The position numbers and the translations under genes are program-made. This document shows positions 18,573-28,781 of a stretch of 64,000 nt of DNA, piece after piece. The notes beneath the pieces are model-generated. The model was not told the origin of the DNA, ran no database searches, and was given only the letters and a program-made list of their open reading frames with translations. The stretch is from Alkalispirochaeta sp. (GTDB lineage: Bacteria > Spirochaetota > Spirochaetia > DSM-27196 > Alkalispirochaetaceae): the NCBI GenBank assembly GCA_965242725.1, contig CBDESZ010000015.1, forward strand, positions 17,347-81,346. Direction: 5' to 3'. The stretch's first letter is position 1, and the number at the start of each line of letters is the position of its first letter.

Positions 18573-20763
18573 CAACCGCTCGTTCTTCTTCTACTTTCTT
18601 ATCGCCGCGTCGCTGATCATTCTATTTCTTGTGGTCATGCTCTCCGTCCTCTATACAAGTGCCTTTCGCAGGCACTTCATTGAAAACATACAACTTCAGT
18701 CCTCGGCTACCGTTGAAGCGGTGAATGGTCTGGTGGAGGCCTACATTCAGGAATCCGCCGAAAAACTATCCGCCGCCGGGCAGGTTGCGGACAATGCCGG
18801 TGACCGGCGGTATGAAGAGCTGTCCCACGTCTTTGAGTACGCCCTTTTGTCCGATCAATATGTAAAGTATTTTCAGGCCCTCGGTCCCGACGGTATCGTT
18901 GAGCTCGTTTATCCAGCCGACGGTACCCTTGTCGGAACGGATGCCTCGGGACATCGGTTTTTTCGGGAAGGAATAGAAGCCGACGGGCCGCGCTGGTGGG
19001 GAACGATTCTTTCCAGTCAGACCAACGAGCCGGTGATCACGGTGACCGCACCCTATTCCGGGGGGCTCCTGATCGCCCAGATTTCCCTCATTCCGATGCT
19101 TGAGAGTCTTGAAGCCATTTCCTCAAAAAGCAGCGGTGAAATCGCCCTGATGGACAAGAACGGGATTTATCTGCTCCATTCCAGGGTAGACCGGGTTCGT
19201 CAGCGGGAGATCTCTCCCTTTCTGCCTTTGGTGCGGGGGCGGGAGGACCGGTTTTCCGACATTCTAGAAGTTGACGGCGAACGTTTCGTATGCACCGTTG
19301 CTCCCGTACCGGAGCTGGACGGCCATATCATCCTCTATCAGCCGTATGCGGCGGTGCAGGATGCATTCTCGGCACTCATTGTCCGCCAATCCCTGGTGGC
19401 TGCGCTCATTCTGCTGCTGGCGGTGTTTCTCGCCTATATCAGCGGGAAGTTTCTGTTGCGGCCGATATTGAAAACGGAAGAGGGGATCAATCGCATCGGG
19501 GAAGGCGATTACAGCTACCGCTTTGAGGAGCTCCCGTTTTCCGAATTCAACAAGCTGATTCTCAGCATCAATTCCATGGCCAGCCGCATACAGCAGCGGC
19601 AGGAGGAAATCGAAGCGGCCCGTGCCGCCGCGGAAGAGGCAAACAGGACCAAGGATCGATTCATCGCCAACATGAGCCATGAGCTTCGAACCCCGCTCAA
19701 CGGGATAGCCGGAATGACGAGCCTCCTTCTCGGCTCGGTGAACGATCCCGATCATACTGAAAAGCTGGAGCTGGTGAAGGTTTCGGTGGATATGATCAGT
19801 CAGGTCGTCGGCGACATACTCGACTACGCGCTCATAGAACGGCAGGAACTCAAATTACATCGGACGGTCTTTTCTCTCGGCGTTGTGTGCGACAATCTGA
19901 TTCGACTCCATGAACGGGAGGCAGAGCGTAAGAATCTTCAATTGAAAAGCTACAATCACCTGACGGGTAATGATCGTTTCGTCGGTGATCCGGTCCGGAT
20001 TGCCCAGGTTCTGACCAACTTGCTGACCAATGCAATAAAGTTTACCGGCGCCGGTACGGTCGAGCTGAATGTGCACTCCCGTCAATCTGCCGAGTCACGG
20101 GTAAATATCGAGTTTGTCGTCAGGGACTCGGGCATCGGTATTCCTCCGGATGAAATTTCCCGGATATTTGAGCGCTTTACCCAGCTTGACGATTCCACGA
20201 CAAAGGAAGGGCGCGGTATCGGCCTCGGGCTGGCGATATCCCGTGACCTGGTGAGACTCATGGGCGGAACCATTACCGTTGAAAGCGCGGTTGGAGAGGG
20301 GAGTGTTTTTACCGTTGTCCTTCCCCTGGAAATCGCCGCGGAAGAGCTCCCTCCGCAGCCACCGTCCCGACGCGCACCCGATGAAGCGCCGGAACGGACG
20401 CTCCTCATCGCGGAAGACGAAGCAATCAACCGTATGTACCTGAAGCGACATCTTACGGGTCTGGGATATACGGTGGCTGAAGCAGTAAACGGCGAAGATG
20501 CCTGGCGCATGGCCCTTGAACTTCGCCCGGACCTGGTCCTCCTTGATATCAGCATGCCCGTCATGGACGGGTGGGCGGCGATTGAAAAGATTCGGTCCTT
20601 TCAGGAACTGGACGGAATTCCGGTGATCGCATTGACCGCCCACGCCCAGCGGGACGTTATGGAACGGTGTCTTCAGGCCGGCATGGACGGTTTTATCTCC
20701 AAGCCGATCAATGAAGCCGTCCTCGACGGAAAAATCGCCTCCCTCCTGAGCACGCGGTCCTGA
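18553..20763 (+). CDS. Hybrid sensor histidine kinase (Cache-like sensor, HAMP, HisKA, HATPase, REC)
   Basis: F.ANMSHELRTPLNGI, NLL.NAIKFT, G.GLGLAIS and LLDISMPVMDG…KP. Confidence 0.94.
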   Translation: MRARWSNNRSFFFYFLIAASLIILFLVVMLSVLYTSAFRRHFIENIQLQSSATVEAVNGLVEAYIQESAEKLSAAGQVADNAGDRRYEELSHVFEYALLSDQYVKYFQALGPDGIVELVYPADGTLVGTDASGHRFFREGIEADGPRWWGTILSSQTNEPVITVTAPYSGGLLIAQISLIPMLESLEAISSKSSGEIALMDKNGIYLLHSRVDRVRQREISPFLPLVRGREDRFSDILEVDGERFVCTVAPVPELDGHIILYQPYAAVQDAFSALIVRQSLVAALILLLAVFLAYISGKFLLRPILKTEEGINRIGEGDYSYRFEELPFSEFNKLILSINSMASRIQQRQEEIEAARAAAEEANRTKDRFIANMSHELRTPLNGIAGMTSLLLGSVNDPDHTEKLELVKVSVDMISQVVGDILDYALIERQELKLHRTVFSLGVVCDNLIRLHEREAERKNLQLKSYNHLTGNDRFVGDPVRIAQVLTNLLTNAIKFTGAGTVELNVHSRQSAESRVNIEFVVRDSGIGIPPDEISRIFERFTQLDDSTTKEGRGIGLGLAISRDLVRLMGGTITVESAVGEGSVFTVVLPLEIAAEELPPQPPSRRAPDEAPERTLLIAEDEAINRMYLKRHLTGLGYTVAEAVNGEDAWRMALELRPDLVLLDISMPVMDGWAAIEKIRSFQELDGIPVIALTAHAQRDVMERCLQAGMDGFISKPINEAVLDGKIASLLSTRS

Positions 20764-20916
20764 ACGCACCTGACCGACTTGCCGGCGCCCGTACCGGCCA
20801 CAACGCAATTTGAATTCCGTAGGTATCATTCAGGAAAGTGGTAACACTGTCTGAGATATAGCGCCTGCTAATGCTTCCGGGCTTCCTGTCCCGAAATTTC
20901 ATGCGCGGACCACCCG

Positions 20917-21426
20917 TCACTTCAGCTCCGTCAAATACTGATCCCCGGTGAGCCATAGTTCTTCCATGCGATACATGTGCCAGTGGTCGTGCATCAGGAT
21001 GTGCCGCAGCAATATTCCCGCGGTATAGCGGCGAAATTCAGGATGAGTACCCTCACGTTCCCAGATCGCATCGGGTAGTGAGACCGCCAGTTCAACCTGC
21101 CGCGCGCGCCACGATCTAAACTGTTCCAGTGCCTTCTCCGGCGGCATCATCGGTTCATCGGGACCGTCGTCCCGCTCCTGATCATCCGACGGTCCATCCG
21201 GCAAATAGGGGGTGAAATTCGGCCGCTCTTCGTCACGAAATCGTTCCAGCCGTCCGTGCAGCATGGACTGCACAAAGGCGAGATGTGACAGATGCTCCGA
21301 CACGGTCCAGAATCCCCGCCGGCGGCGCAGGTCCATCTCTTCACCGGGAATTTCGGCGACAAACTGTTCCAGCACGTCCGGAGACAGCCGCAAACCTTCA
21401 ATGATCACAGCGATTTCGTTACGCAT
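20917..21426 (-). CDS. DinB family protein
   Basis: W…EH..HL and H..WH metal-binding His motifs; GGAGG RBS. Confidence 0.85.
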   Translation of the reverse strand: MRNEIAVIIEGLRLSPDVLEQFVAEIPGEEMDLRRRRGFWTVSEHLSHLAFVQSMLHGRLERFRDEERPNFTPYLPDGPSDDQERDDGPDEPMMPPEKALEQFRSWRARQVELAVSLPDAIWEREGTHPEFRRYTAGILLRHILMHDHWHMYRMEELWLTGDQYLTELK

Positions 21427-21491
21427 CGTCACCTCCTACGTCCAAGGATATATCGGTTTTATCGAACGCTCCTACCCGCGGAGCGGAAGAC

Positions 21492-21855
21492 CTACCGGGT
21501 GAGGGCCGTCGTAATTGCGTTGAGGAGATCCGAAGTTGTGTAGGGTTTTTGTACGACCCCGGTTGAAACAAAGGTATCGATCTCGCTGCGTATCTTCGGA
21601 TCGTCGGAGGCGGTGACAAAGACGATTCGAAGCCCTCGTTCTGTCCTCGAGTGCCCGTGCCGCGTCGATGCCGGTGACTCCGTTGGCGAGGAAAATGTCC
21701 ATGAGAATGAGATCGGGGTCCAGTTCCCGGGCGAGTCTGATCGCGCCGGCGCCGTTGGAAACGATCGCGGGCACGATGTGTCCCCAGGATTCCACGAGTT
21801 GTTTCATCGCGAGGGCGGTGATCATTTCATCTTCCACGATCAGGATTGACGCCAA
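21492..21855 (-). CDS. Single-domain response regulator (REC), interrupted by a +1 frameshift near 21633
   Basis: ILIVEDE…LMDI.L…GID in one frame; IVFVTASDD…VQKPY…ALTR* in the next frame. Confidence 0.8.
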
Positions 21856-22776
21856 CGGTTCTCTTCCTTTTTCACCTCTGAAAATTCTACCACAAATGAA
21901 ACGGTCTTTCCTTTTTCCGTCCGTGTGAATCCGTCCAGTTGCATTACCAGCGCATCGACAAGAGACATATTCTCGACAAGCATCTCGTCTCCGAGATCGA
22001 GGGATGGTTGGGAGATGACGAGTGTCATTGCACCGGGTGACCTCTCATGTAGTTCAACTTCCACCTGAATTCTCCTGCCGCCTTGCTCCGCTCTCCGGAG
22101 TGCGTGAAGCAGAAACTCATTGACGATGAGACCGCAGGGAAGGGCCGTTTCAATATTCGTCGTTACGGGTTCCGCGTTGACGCCAATGGTGACGCCCGTC
22201 TGCCGCGGTGCCTCTTCGTCCATCGCCTGCTGCGCGAGGGCAGAGAGATATGAATCGAGGCGGAGCGTCGCGTAGCTCCCGTCGCCGGAGAGCTGTTTAT
22301 GGAGCAGGCCGATCGCGGCGACGCGGCTGGCGATAGACCCGATATGACGGTTTGCCTCCTCACCCTCCGATTCATTGCGCTGAAGTTGAATGAGCCCCGC
22401 AACGGTCTGCAGGTTGTTCTTGACGCGATGGTGAATCTCCTGGAGGAGCAGGTCTCGTTCCGAAACCGCCCGTTCAAGCGCCTCCTGATTCCGTTGTCGA
22501 GCCCGGATATGCGTCTCCGTGGATACGGCGTACAAAAAGAGCAGGAAGTAGGGAATGATCATAACTTCCAGGAACTCTTCAACGGTGTCCGAAGGTCGAA
22601 TCGATCCCGGAGTGCTCAAGCAAATTGGCGACGACGGTGAAAAGCACGATGAGGATGGGGATAAGAAGAAATACCGCCACCCGGGGTTGCAAGTGGCCGG
22701 CGACGATCTTGACGATCATCACCACGATCGTTGCAACGAGGACCGCCGCCGCAAGGGCGTTGATTGTAATGATCAT
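21840..22776 (-). CDS. Membrane sensor kinase, HisKA_2 type, +1 frameshift at 22589-22590
   Basis: EIHHRVKNNLQ H-box. The TM N-terminus MIITINAL…DSTF joins DTVEEFL after removing one base. ATGA overlap with the upstream gene. Confidence 0.82.
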
Positions 22777-23048
22777 CGGGAGTCTCCCACTGAGGAGGAA
22801 AAATTGCGCAACACTCCCCACAGGAAAAAGACCGACGCGACGAGAATCGAAATGTGCTCGGCCGTATTGAACATGTCGGGAAGGGCGGTTCCTTCGACGA
22901 TCGTAAAGACGTGGGATGCGACAATTGCACCAATGCCGCACAGAAACAATGGATAGCGGGGGAGTCCGGTACGAAATACTAGGACAACCAGAATTGGAAG
23001 GCTCAGTATGTCGCCGAGGAGGTTAAACAGTTCACTCGTTTCAAACAT
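22773..23048 (-). CDS. Small three-TM membrane protein, translationally coupled to the kinase
   Basis: 91 aa hydrophobic ORF MFETSELF…; its TGA overlaps the kinase ATG. Confidence 0.7.
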   Translation of the reverse strand: MFETSELFNLLGDILSLPILVVLVFRTGLPRYPLFLCGIGAIVASHVFTIVEGTALPDMFNTAEHISILVASVFFLWGVLRNFSSSVGDSR

Positions 23049-23144
23049 TTCTGAACAAATAATAGGAAAAGCGATCCCCGCGTACAAGCGGATTCGGGCA
23101 ACCGACACCATCGGCGCACGCTGAATGGATACAGGAACGGAGTG

Positions 23145-23321
23145 TTAATGCAATTGATGAGTTACTTCTCCAATATCCTTCCTCAACTAGACCATATCGA
23201 CGAGCTGTATGTCTCCCTCCGGCAGATAGCGGTCGATCATATCTTCCTGCTCGTCCGCCAACAGCAACAGATCAAGGAACCGTTTCTTGCCGTCGGTTAT
23301 TTTTTCTATGTTCACCCCCAT
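23145..23321 (-). pseudogene. GNAT acetyltransferase remnant (internal deletion plus nonsense codon)
   Basis: N-terminus NIEKITDGKKRFLDLLLLADEQEDMIDRYL is joined directly to the C-terminus IQLVDMV*LRKDI, with TAG at 23187. Confidence 0.65.
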
Positions 23322-23339
23322 TCCGAACCTCTCCTGACG

Positions 23340-23599
23340 AGTCTCGTTCACGATACCGTATCGCCGCACCGCGTCGCGATTGAATCCCCGGATTACAAGC
23401 CACCCACCCATCACCATTTCCTGTATCGCCAGCGGGGTATCAGACGGGTCCGGTAGAATGAGACGTAGAGACAGGTCGCGCCGATGACGAACACCGTCGT
23501 GCCGAACCCGCCGACCGCAACGATGGACAATATCCCGGCGACGGTACCGAGAATGTAGAGTGCGCCGGCCATCACGGCGTGAATCCGATACGTCTTCAT
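23340..23599 (-). pseudogene. DUF4386 membrane-protein remnant
   Basis: AGALYILGTVAGILS joined to FY.TRLIPRW and, in another frame, WLVIRGFN; most of the middle is missing. The 3' limit is approximate. Confidence 0.6.
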
Positions 23600-23697
23600 T
23601 GAAAAATAGTATGGAGAAGTGGTCCCCGAGTGCAACGGCATAATCCCGGTAACAATCGAACTTGCGAACCCCGACGGATTACCCTATCATTTCACTC

Positions 23698-24852
23698 ATG
23701 AAAAAGAGCGCAGCGGTCGGTCTGGCTTTTCTCGTCCTTCACCTTTTCATCACACCCGCTCTCTTGAGCCTCACGCCCCGGGAGGAGTCGAGTCTCGAAC
23801 AGGCGCTGCGCATCGGGTACATGAATCTGTTGTACCTCGATGAGAGCTTTCTTCCGGCGGCGTCCAGGTGGGATCAGGCGGATCGCAGCGCCGGAGTGAT
23901 CGGGTTTTATCGGCGCTCCACCCCGGGCGGGAATTATGGTGCCCTCGACTTTGACCTCTTCTCATTTTCACCCGTCGCCGCGTGCTACGGTGATGAGTGT
24001 GAGGACTACACCACGACCGCGCTGGGGCTTTCCTACCGCTTTACCGCAGGCGGAACAGTTGTGCGTTACGGAGGGTCCCTTTCATTTTTCGGCGTGGACT
24101 CGCGTCCCGAGTCGGTCTCGATAGGAGACGCCGGCGGACTCCAGGAGCGCATCAGCGTCGGCGGCAACATCGAATATCGCGGTTTTCGGTACGCCCTGAC
24201 GGCCCTGGCGCAACACATAAACATGTTCGATTTCGTTGACAACAACGGCGACACGTCGGCGGTGAGCGCCACCGATACGTGGGAGTTCAGCTCTTTGCAT
24301 GAAATTGAGATCCCGTTCGGTCTCTACTCCCGGACCATTGCTACCGGGGCGGAAGATTTCGACGCAATTCCCTATGCCGTGGTCGGGGAGCGAATCCTGC
24401 TGCCGACTCTCAACTCCCTCGTTGATGTAAAATACGAAGTCTTTGACGGGAGCTACGGGTTGTACGGTCTCGCCTGGGACCAGCGTCTTGGCCGGAGCCG
24501 CCGACGGTGGCCGTCGACGGAGCTCTCTGGAGGCGTGCGACTGAGCGACAGCGGCAGTCTTTATTCCTACCGCCTCGGCGTCGTCTATCGCGCATTCAAA
24601 GCGGTGATGACCCACCAGCTGCGGGACCTGCGGGATGACTCCGCTGAGAATGTGCTCGGTGTTGCTCTCGGTGCAGGGATCCACATCGTCGCCCCGGATC
24701 GCGCGGGGACGTTCTTATTCGAGGTCGTTTACTCCCGGAACTACCTCACCCAGCTGGAAATCGTCGGTGGTGCGGAGAACGCCAATTACCTGCAGCTGAA
24801 GATCAGGACCGGCGATCCCAGTCTCCTGCCCCCGATCCTGGCCGACGGATAA
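23698..24852 (+). CDS. Hypothetical secreted/outer-membrane protein (probable beta-barrel)
   Basis: Signal peptide; many alternating Gly/aromatic amphipathic strands. Confidence 0.7.
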   Translation: MKKSAAVGLAFLVLHLFITPALLSLTPREESSLEQALRIGYMNLLYLDESFLPAASRWDQADRSAGVIGFYRRSTPGGNYGALDFDLFSFSPVAACYGDECEDYTTTALGLSYRFTAGGTVVRYGGSLSFFGVDSRPESVSIGDAGGLQERISVGGNIEYRGFRYALTALAQHINMFDFVDNNGDTSAVSATDTWEFSSLHEIEIPFGLYSRTIATGAEDFDAIPYAVVGERILLPTLNSLVDVKYEVFDGSYGLYGLAWDQRLGRSRRRWPSTELSGGVRLSDSGSLYSYRLGVVYRAFKAVMTHQLRDLRDDSAENVLGVALGAGIHIVAPDRAGTFLFEVVYSRNYLTQLEIVGGAENANYLQLKIRTGDPSLLPPILADG

Positions 24853-24961
24853 GCCCGGGGACGTCGGGCCGTTGTTCACAATTTCAGTGCGCCCTGCTAT
24901 GATGCGGCGCAATAATTCTCCGCATACAGCTCCGGTATAAACGGCCGGAAAAGGAACCTTC

Positions 24962-25807
24962 ATGTTAATCGATTATATCCCCAGGCACACCTACGGCATT
25001 GCAGCCTCATACCGCGACGGAAAAATAATATCTGTTATAGCAGGGGTGCAGATTTTCGCCGACAACAGCCTCAAGCTTCGATTTCCAAAAACGAATCCAT
25101 TCAAGCGCAGGGATACTATTACCATTCACCTGGACAACAGAACGGGTGTGGACACCTACGATGCCGATCTGAAGGTATACCGCTGTTCATATAAGGGCTC
25201 GATCGTCGATTCCGGAGATGACGAAGCGCGCATCATTCCCCTTGAATACTCCCTGGTCTATTCCCATCAGGTTGTGGAATCCTACAAAGCCCCGGTTTTT
25301 GAATATTCCGAGGACCCCAGACCTGCGGTTCCCGTACCGGAGTCACCGTTGAAATCCCTGAGCATGGCCGACGGCAACGAAGAGGAAAACAAACTCGGGG
25401 TATTGGTAACAAAATCGGTTGATTTTCCCCAGACCAGCGTGATGGCATTCCTCAACACCGTGGACGATGACATTTTCATCATTACCCGAGGCGCCACCCG
25501 AAAAGCCCACAATCTCCACAGGGATTCGGACTGCTATTTTGCAATTGACCATCGCGCCAACTTTGTCTTTGAGAACGCCTATGAATGGAACTACACGATC
25601 ATTAAAGGAAGGGCCTTTACGATACCGCCGAGAAATCCAATCTTTCACGATATTCAGCAGAAGTTTGTGGAAAAGAACCCCTGGGAACTGGTCTTCTTCG
25701 GCGCACCTGACATCGAGCTGTTCCACATAGAGCCGGATGAAATCATGTGTCCGGAAAAATACGCCGGATTGAGGGTAGCGCAGAGACAGCTGAATTATTC
25801 GGGTTGA
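24962..25807 (+). CDS. Pyridoxamine 5'-phosphate oxidase-like (split-barrel FMN-binding) protein
   Basis: C-terminal I…T….RKA.NL..D….F.ID pattern. Confidence 0.65.
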   Translation: MLIDYIPRHTYGIAASYRDGKIISVIAGVQIFADNSLKLRFPKTNPFKRRDTITIHLDNRTGVDTYDADLKVYRCSYKGSIVDSGDDEARIIPLEYSLVYSHQVVESYKAPVFEYSEDPRPAVPVPESPLKSLSMADGNEEENKLGVLVTKSVDFPQTSVMAFLNTVDDDIFIITRGATRKAHNLHRDSDCYFAIDHRANFVFENAYEWNYTIIKGRAFTIPPRNPIFHDIQQKFVEKNPWELVFFGAPDIELFHIEPDEIMCPEKYAGLRVAQRQLNYSG

Positions 25808-25827
25808 GAGGAACAGGGAGTTCGTAA

Positions 25828-25853
25828 CATCCTGCGGAGTCATCCTGCGGAGT
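25828..25853. repeat. 13-bp tandem duplication
   Basis: CATCCTGCGGAGT twice, between convergent genes. Confidence 0.7.
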
Positions 25854-25876
25854 ATCCGGAACGTGAGAAAGACTGT

Positions 25877-26803
25877 CTATCGGGAATTGTATCCGCCGCG
25901 ACGGAAGGTATTGCTGATTTTCAGGAACGGTGCGGGATCCACAACCTGTGTGCCCATCATGATCTCAAAATGGAGGTGCGTGCCCGTGGCAATTCCGGTC
26001 TGACCCATCAATCCCAGTTTCTCTCCCTGAACAACGCGTTGCCCTCGGGATACTAAAATGCTGCCCATATGCGGATACCGCGTGCTGTAGCCGTATTTGT
26101 GACGGACTACCACCTGAAATCCGTATCCCGGATCGTACGCCGCCTCCACAACTTCACCGTCTGCACTGCTGACAATGGGTGTTCCGGGATAGCCCGCGAT
26201 ATCGAATCCCTTATGAAGGTACCACTGGCCGGAAATGGGATGAATATTCGGTCCGAACTCCATTGAAACGTTTCCGCCGTTGCCGCCGACGGGCCACGCA
26301 TTCGGAATATCCCGCAGGATTTGTGAGACCATTTCCTGGGTAGCAGGAATACCCGACAGCAATGCCGCCGCATGATCGAGTTCCTCGGAAAGATGTTTCA
26401 CCGAAGCCGGCAGCTCCGCGGAATTCTTCGTCTCGCCCCCGAAATACGATTGCAGCGTAACCGATGAGGCCGGATCGGGATTGTACGCATCGTTCCGTTG
26501 CGGCGGGATGAGGAGATCCGTCAGCGATTCAACCTCGGCGTCGTATGGCTGCGCCAATTGCTCCAGATTATCAAGCTCCCGCAAAATTGCATCCAGATTT
26601 GCCTGTGCCTCCGCCAGCTCGGGGCGTTGCTCCGCGATTGACGGCTGTCCTACATCGAGCTGCAAGAGCAGAACCAGTCCGCCGATGATGAACCCAAACA
26701 GAATCGCCCCGGCGAAAAGAACTCCGGAATGAATAGAAAACGACACCGGTGCCCGGGATGAATCAAACAGTACCGAGACGGTATATCGTTTTCCTATCTT
26801 CAT
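25877..26803 (-). CDS. M23 family metallopeptidase
   Basis: TM anchor, coiled coil, H.G.DI, TG.ATG.HLHFE and VDP. Confidence 0.92.
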   Translation of the reverse strand: MKIGKRYTVSVLFDSSRAPVSFSIHSGVLFAGAILFGFIIGGLVLLLQLDVGQPSIAEQRPELAEAQANLDAILRELDNLEQLAQPYDAEVESLTDLLIPPQRNDAYNPDPASSVTLQSYFGGETKNSAELPASVKHLSEELDHAAALLSGIPATQEMVSQILRDIPNAWPVGGNGGNVSMEFGPNIHPISGQWYLHKGFDIAGYPGTPIVSSADGEVVEAAYDPGYGFQVVVRHKYGYSTRYPHMGSILVSRGQRVVQGEKLGLMGQTGIATGTHLHFEIMMGTQVVDPAPFLKISNTFRRGGYNSR

Positions 26804-26899
26804 ATGACCTGCCTGAAAAATATACGTGACTCATCGGGAGATTTCATGCCCGGACAGTGCCGGCCCGGAATACGCAAACGAGTATCATTAAAATATCAC

Positions 26900-27217
26900 C
26901 ACTGCCGCGTCGTTACAACCATTCTCAAGGGCTGGTTTGACCGCGTCTTTGTCAGCGGAGGACTGTATTCAAGTCGAAAACGATACGGTGCCGGGCATTT
27001 CCGGGGGAAGCGGGCGATCTGTTCGGTAACGACGGGCGCACCGGAACACGCTTTCGGTCCGAAAGCCAGAGGCGGGGATCTGGACGCCATCCTGTGGCCC
27101 ATTGAGCGTTCCCTGTACTACAGGGAAGCACGCCTCCATTCATTGCCGTCGGAAAAACCGATGAATTTTCCTGGATGGGCCGACTGGGATAATGTCAATC
27201 ATCGCCGGCATAGGTAA
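26900..27217 (+). pseudogene. NAD(P)H:quinone oxidoreductase (Flavodoxin_2) remnant
   Basis: ILKGWFDRVF…GK.A..SVTTG…LWP; the N-terminal FMN-binding half is absent. The 5' limit is approximate. Confidence 0.7.
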
Positions 27218-27794
27218 TGTCCAGGAGTCCCCGTGGTATGTACGCCCCGGAGAGCATGTTTTTTATCCGTTCCACCCGTTGCAGGTTTGCCGCCGGATCA
27301 TTTTTTATATTTAGCGTCGTCGGCGAGATTATGGACGCGATCAGCGCGATATACTCATCCTCCGTCAACTCGTCGATGCGTTTAGCGAAGTAAAACGTGG
27401 CGGCTTGGTCGAGGCCGAATTGTCCGTTTCCGAAATATGTTATGTTCAGGAAGATCGTAATCTGGTCATCTTTCGAGACGAGCGGATCGAGGGCAAAACG
27501 GGCGCACAGCGTTTGTTTGATCTTGGCAATACCCTGCTTGAAGTCCCTGAAATAGAACTTTTTCGCCAGGCTCTGGGTGATGCCGGTCCAGCCGGTACCG
27601 GGCGTGCGGAAGTCCACTCCCCGGTGATTGTAGAAATTGGGATCCTGAACCTTGAGCAGAATCTCGAGTTGCCGGTCTGAAAGATCGGCCGTCCGGATTG
27701 ACGCGTCGGACAGCAACTGAGCAGCCGTTCCGATCGTGTGTCGGCGGGCGAGTGCGACTTCGATACTGAAGTACATAACAATGATCAGAAACAA
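27195..27794 (-). CDS. Monofunctional peptidoglycan transglycosylase domain protein
   Basis: (Q)D..FY.H.GVD, ITQ.LAK, SKD.…FLN..YFG.G..G…A…YF. The start is uncertain and the catalytic E position reads Q. Confidence 0.8.
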   Translation of the reverse strand: MFLIIVMYFSIEVALARRHTIGTAAQLLSDASIRTADLSDRQLEILLKVQDPNFYNHRGVDFRTPGTGWTGITQSLAKKFYFRDFKQGIAKIKQTLCARFALDPLVSKDDQITIFLNITYFGNGQFGLDQAATFYFAKRIDELTEDEYIALIASIISPTTLNIKNDPAANLQRVERIKNMLSGAYIPRGLLDITYAGDD

Positions 27795-27904
27795 CGCCGC
27801 GGCAACGGAGCGTCCTGTTCTATTCCGGCTTTTCTTGTTTTTCGTACGCTTTGTTCCTGGAAATTCAATTGAGAGATATCATGGTGACCATCGAATCAGA
27901 CGTC

Positions 27905-27928
27905 GACCGGGAGGCAATACTCCCGGTC
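27905..27928 (-). terminator. Hairpin downstream of the 27958-28635 gene
   Basis: GACCGGGAG / CTCCCGGTC, 9-bp stem with a 6-nt loop. Confidence 0.5.
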
Positions 27929-27957
27929 CGCATAAAATCCTGCCCCGACCGCTGCCG

Positions 27958-28635
27958 CTACTGCAGATCGCTCATTTCGATCGGCCACGATACGGATGAA
28001 CGCGAGTTGTCGACGCCGACCTGAAACTGATACCGATCACCGTCTTCGTCAAAAGCGATAACATCGTAGACCACCTCGACGCTCCCCGCCGGCACGTACA
28101 TGGAGATCGTATCTCCGGGGCCCATGATGGTACTGCTGCCGAGAAAGTCGACTCCCAGATAGGACGAATCGCTGGGAGAGATAAAGAGAAGCCACATCGC
28201 ATAGGCCGTTTCGTTCCCAAACGCTACTTCAACCAGATCATAGTCCGGCGCCTGCTCACCGGAGTAGTCATCCAGGGTCAACTCGATGATGTTGTCACGA
28301 TCGTCGCAGATAGCGGTTTCCCAGATGTAGTAGGCGTCGTTGTCCTCATCGACAGCCATAAAATCAAAGTTGTTGCAACGCTCCGGATGATGAACGAGAA
28401 ACTTCACCGAATCTCCCGTCTCCATGATCGTCGTGGAATCGAGGACGTCCGGTCCCCAGGAGTTGCTGTCCGCCGGTGAAAAGAAGATATTGTAAATATC
28501 GAATCCGGTATTGTTTACGATCTCAACCGACGTCGTCTGGCTGAGAATATCGTTGATCTGCGCCGGCACCGCCCACAAGATCCCGAGAAGCATCACCGTT
28601 GCGATCGCCATAATTCTGTTCTTGTGCTGCACCAT
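27958..28635 (-). CDS. Secreted acidic protein with two ~100-aa internal repeats
   Basis: Signal peptide; V.I.N.TG..I…F.SP.DS..WG.D.L…D..A.DED.D.Y occurs twice; GGAGG RBS. Confidence 0.8.
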   Translation of the reverse strand: MVQHKNRIMAIATVMLLGILWAVPAQINDILSQTTSVEIVNNTGFDIYNIFFSPADSNSWGPDVLDSTTIMETGDSVKFLVHHPERCNNFDFMAVDEDNDAYYIWETAICDDRDNIIELTLDDYSGEQAPDYDLVEVAFGNETAYAMWLLFISPSDSSYLGVDFLGSSTIMGPGDTISMYVPAGSVEVVYDVIAFDEDGDRYQFQVGVDNSRSSVSWPIEMSDLQ

Positions 28636-28781
28636 TTCCGCCTCCTTTGTACGTTTCCTGCGTACTCTACCTGTTATTATCGATGGCGATGCAAATTTCC
28701 ACCATGGATCGGTCATAATTGTCAGGATCTGCCCATAGTGCGGCTCCGATGTTTGTCTCGAAAATATCTTCAACGTGCCGC

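Noticed and set aside
23187..23189. Pyrrolysine/amber readthrough in the GNAT remnant
   Set aside because: The position fits Tyr, and the gene already lacks its core.
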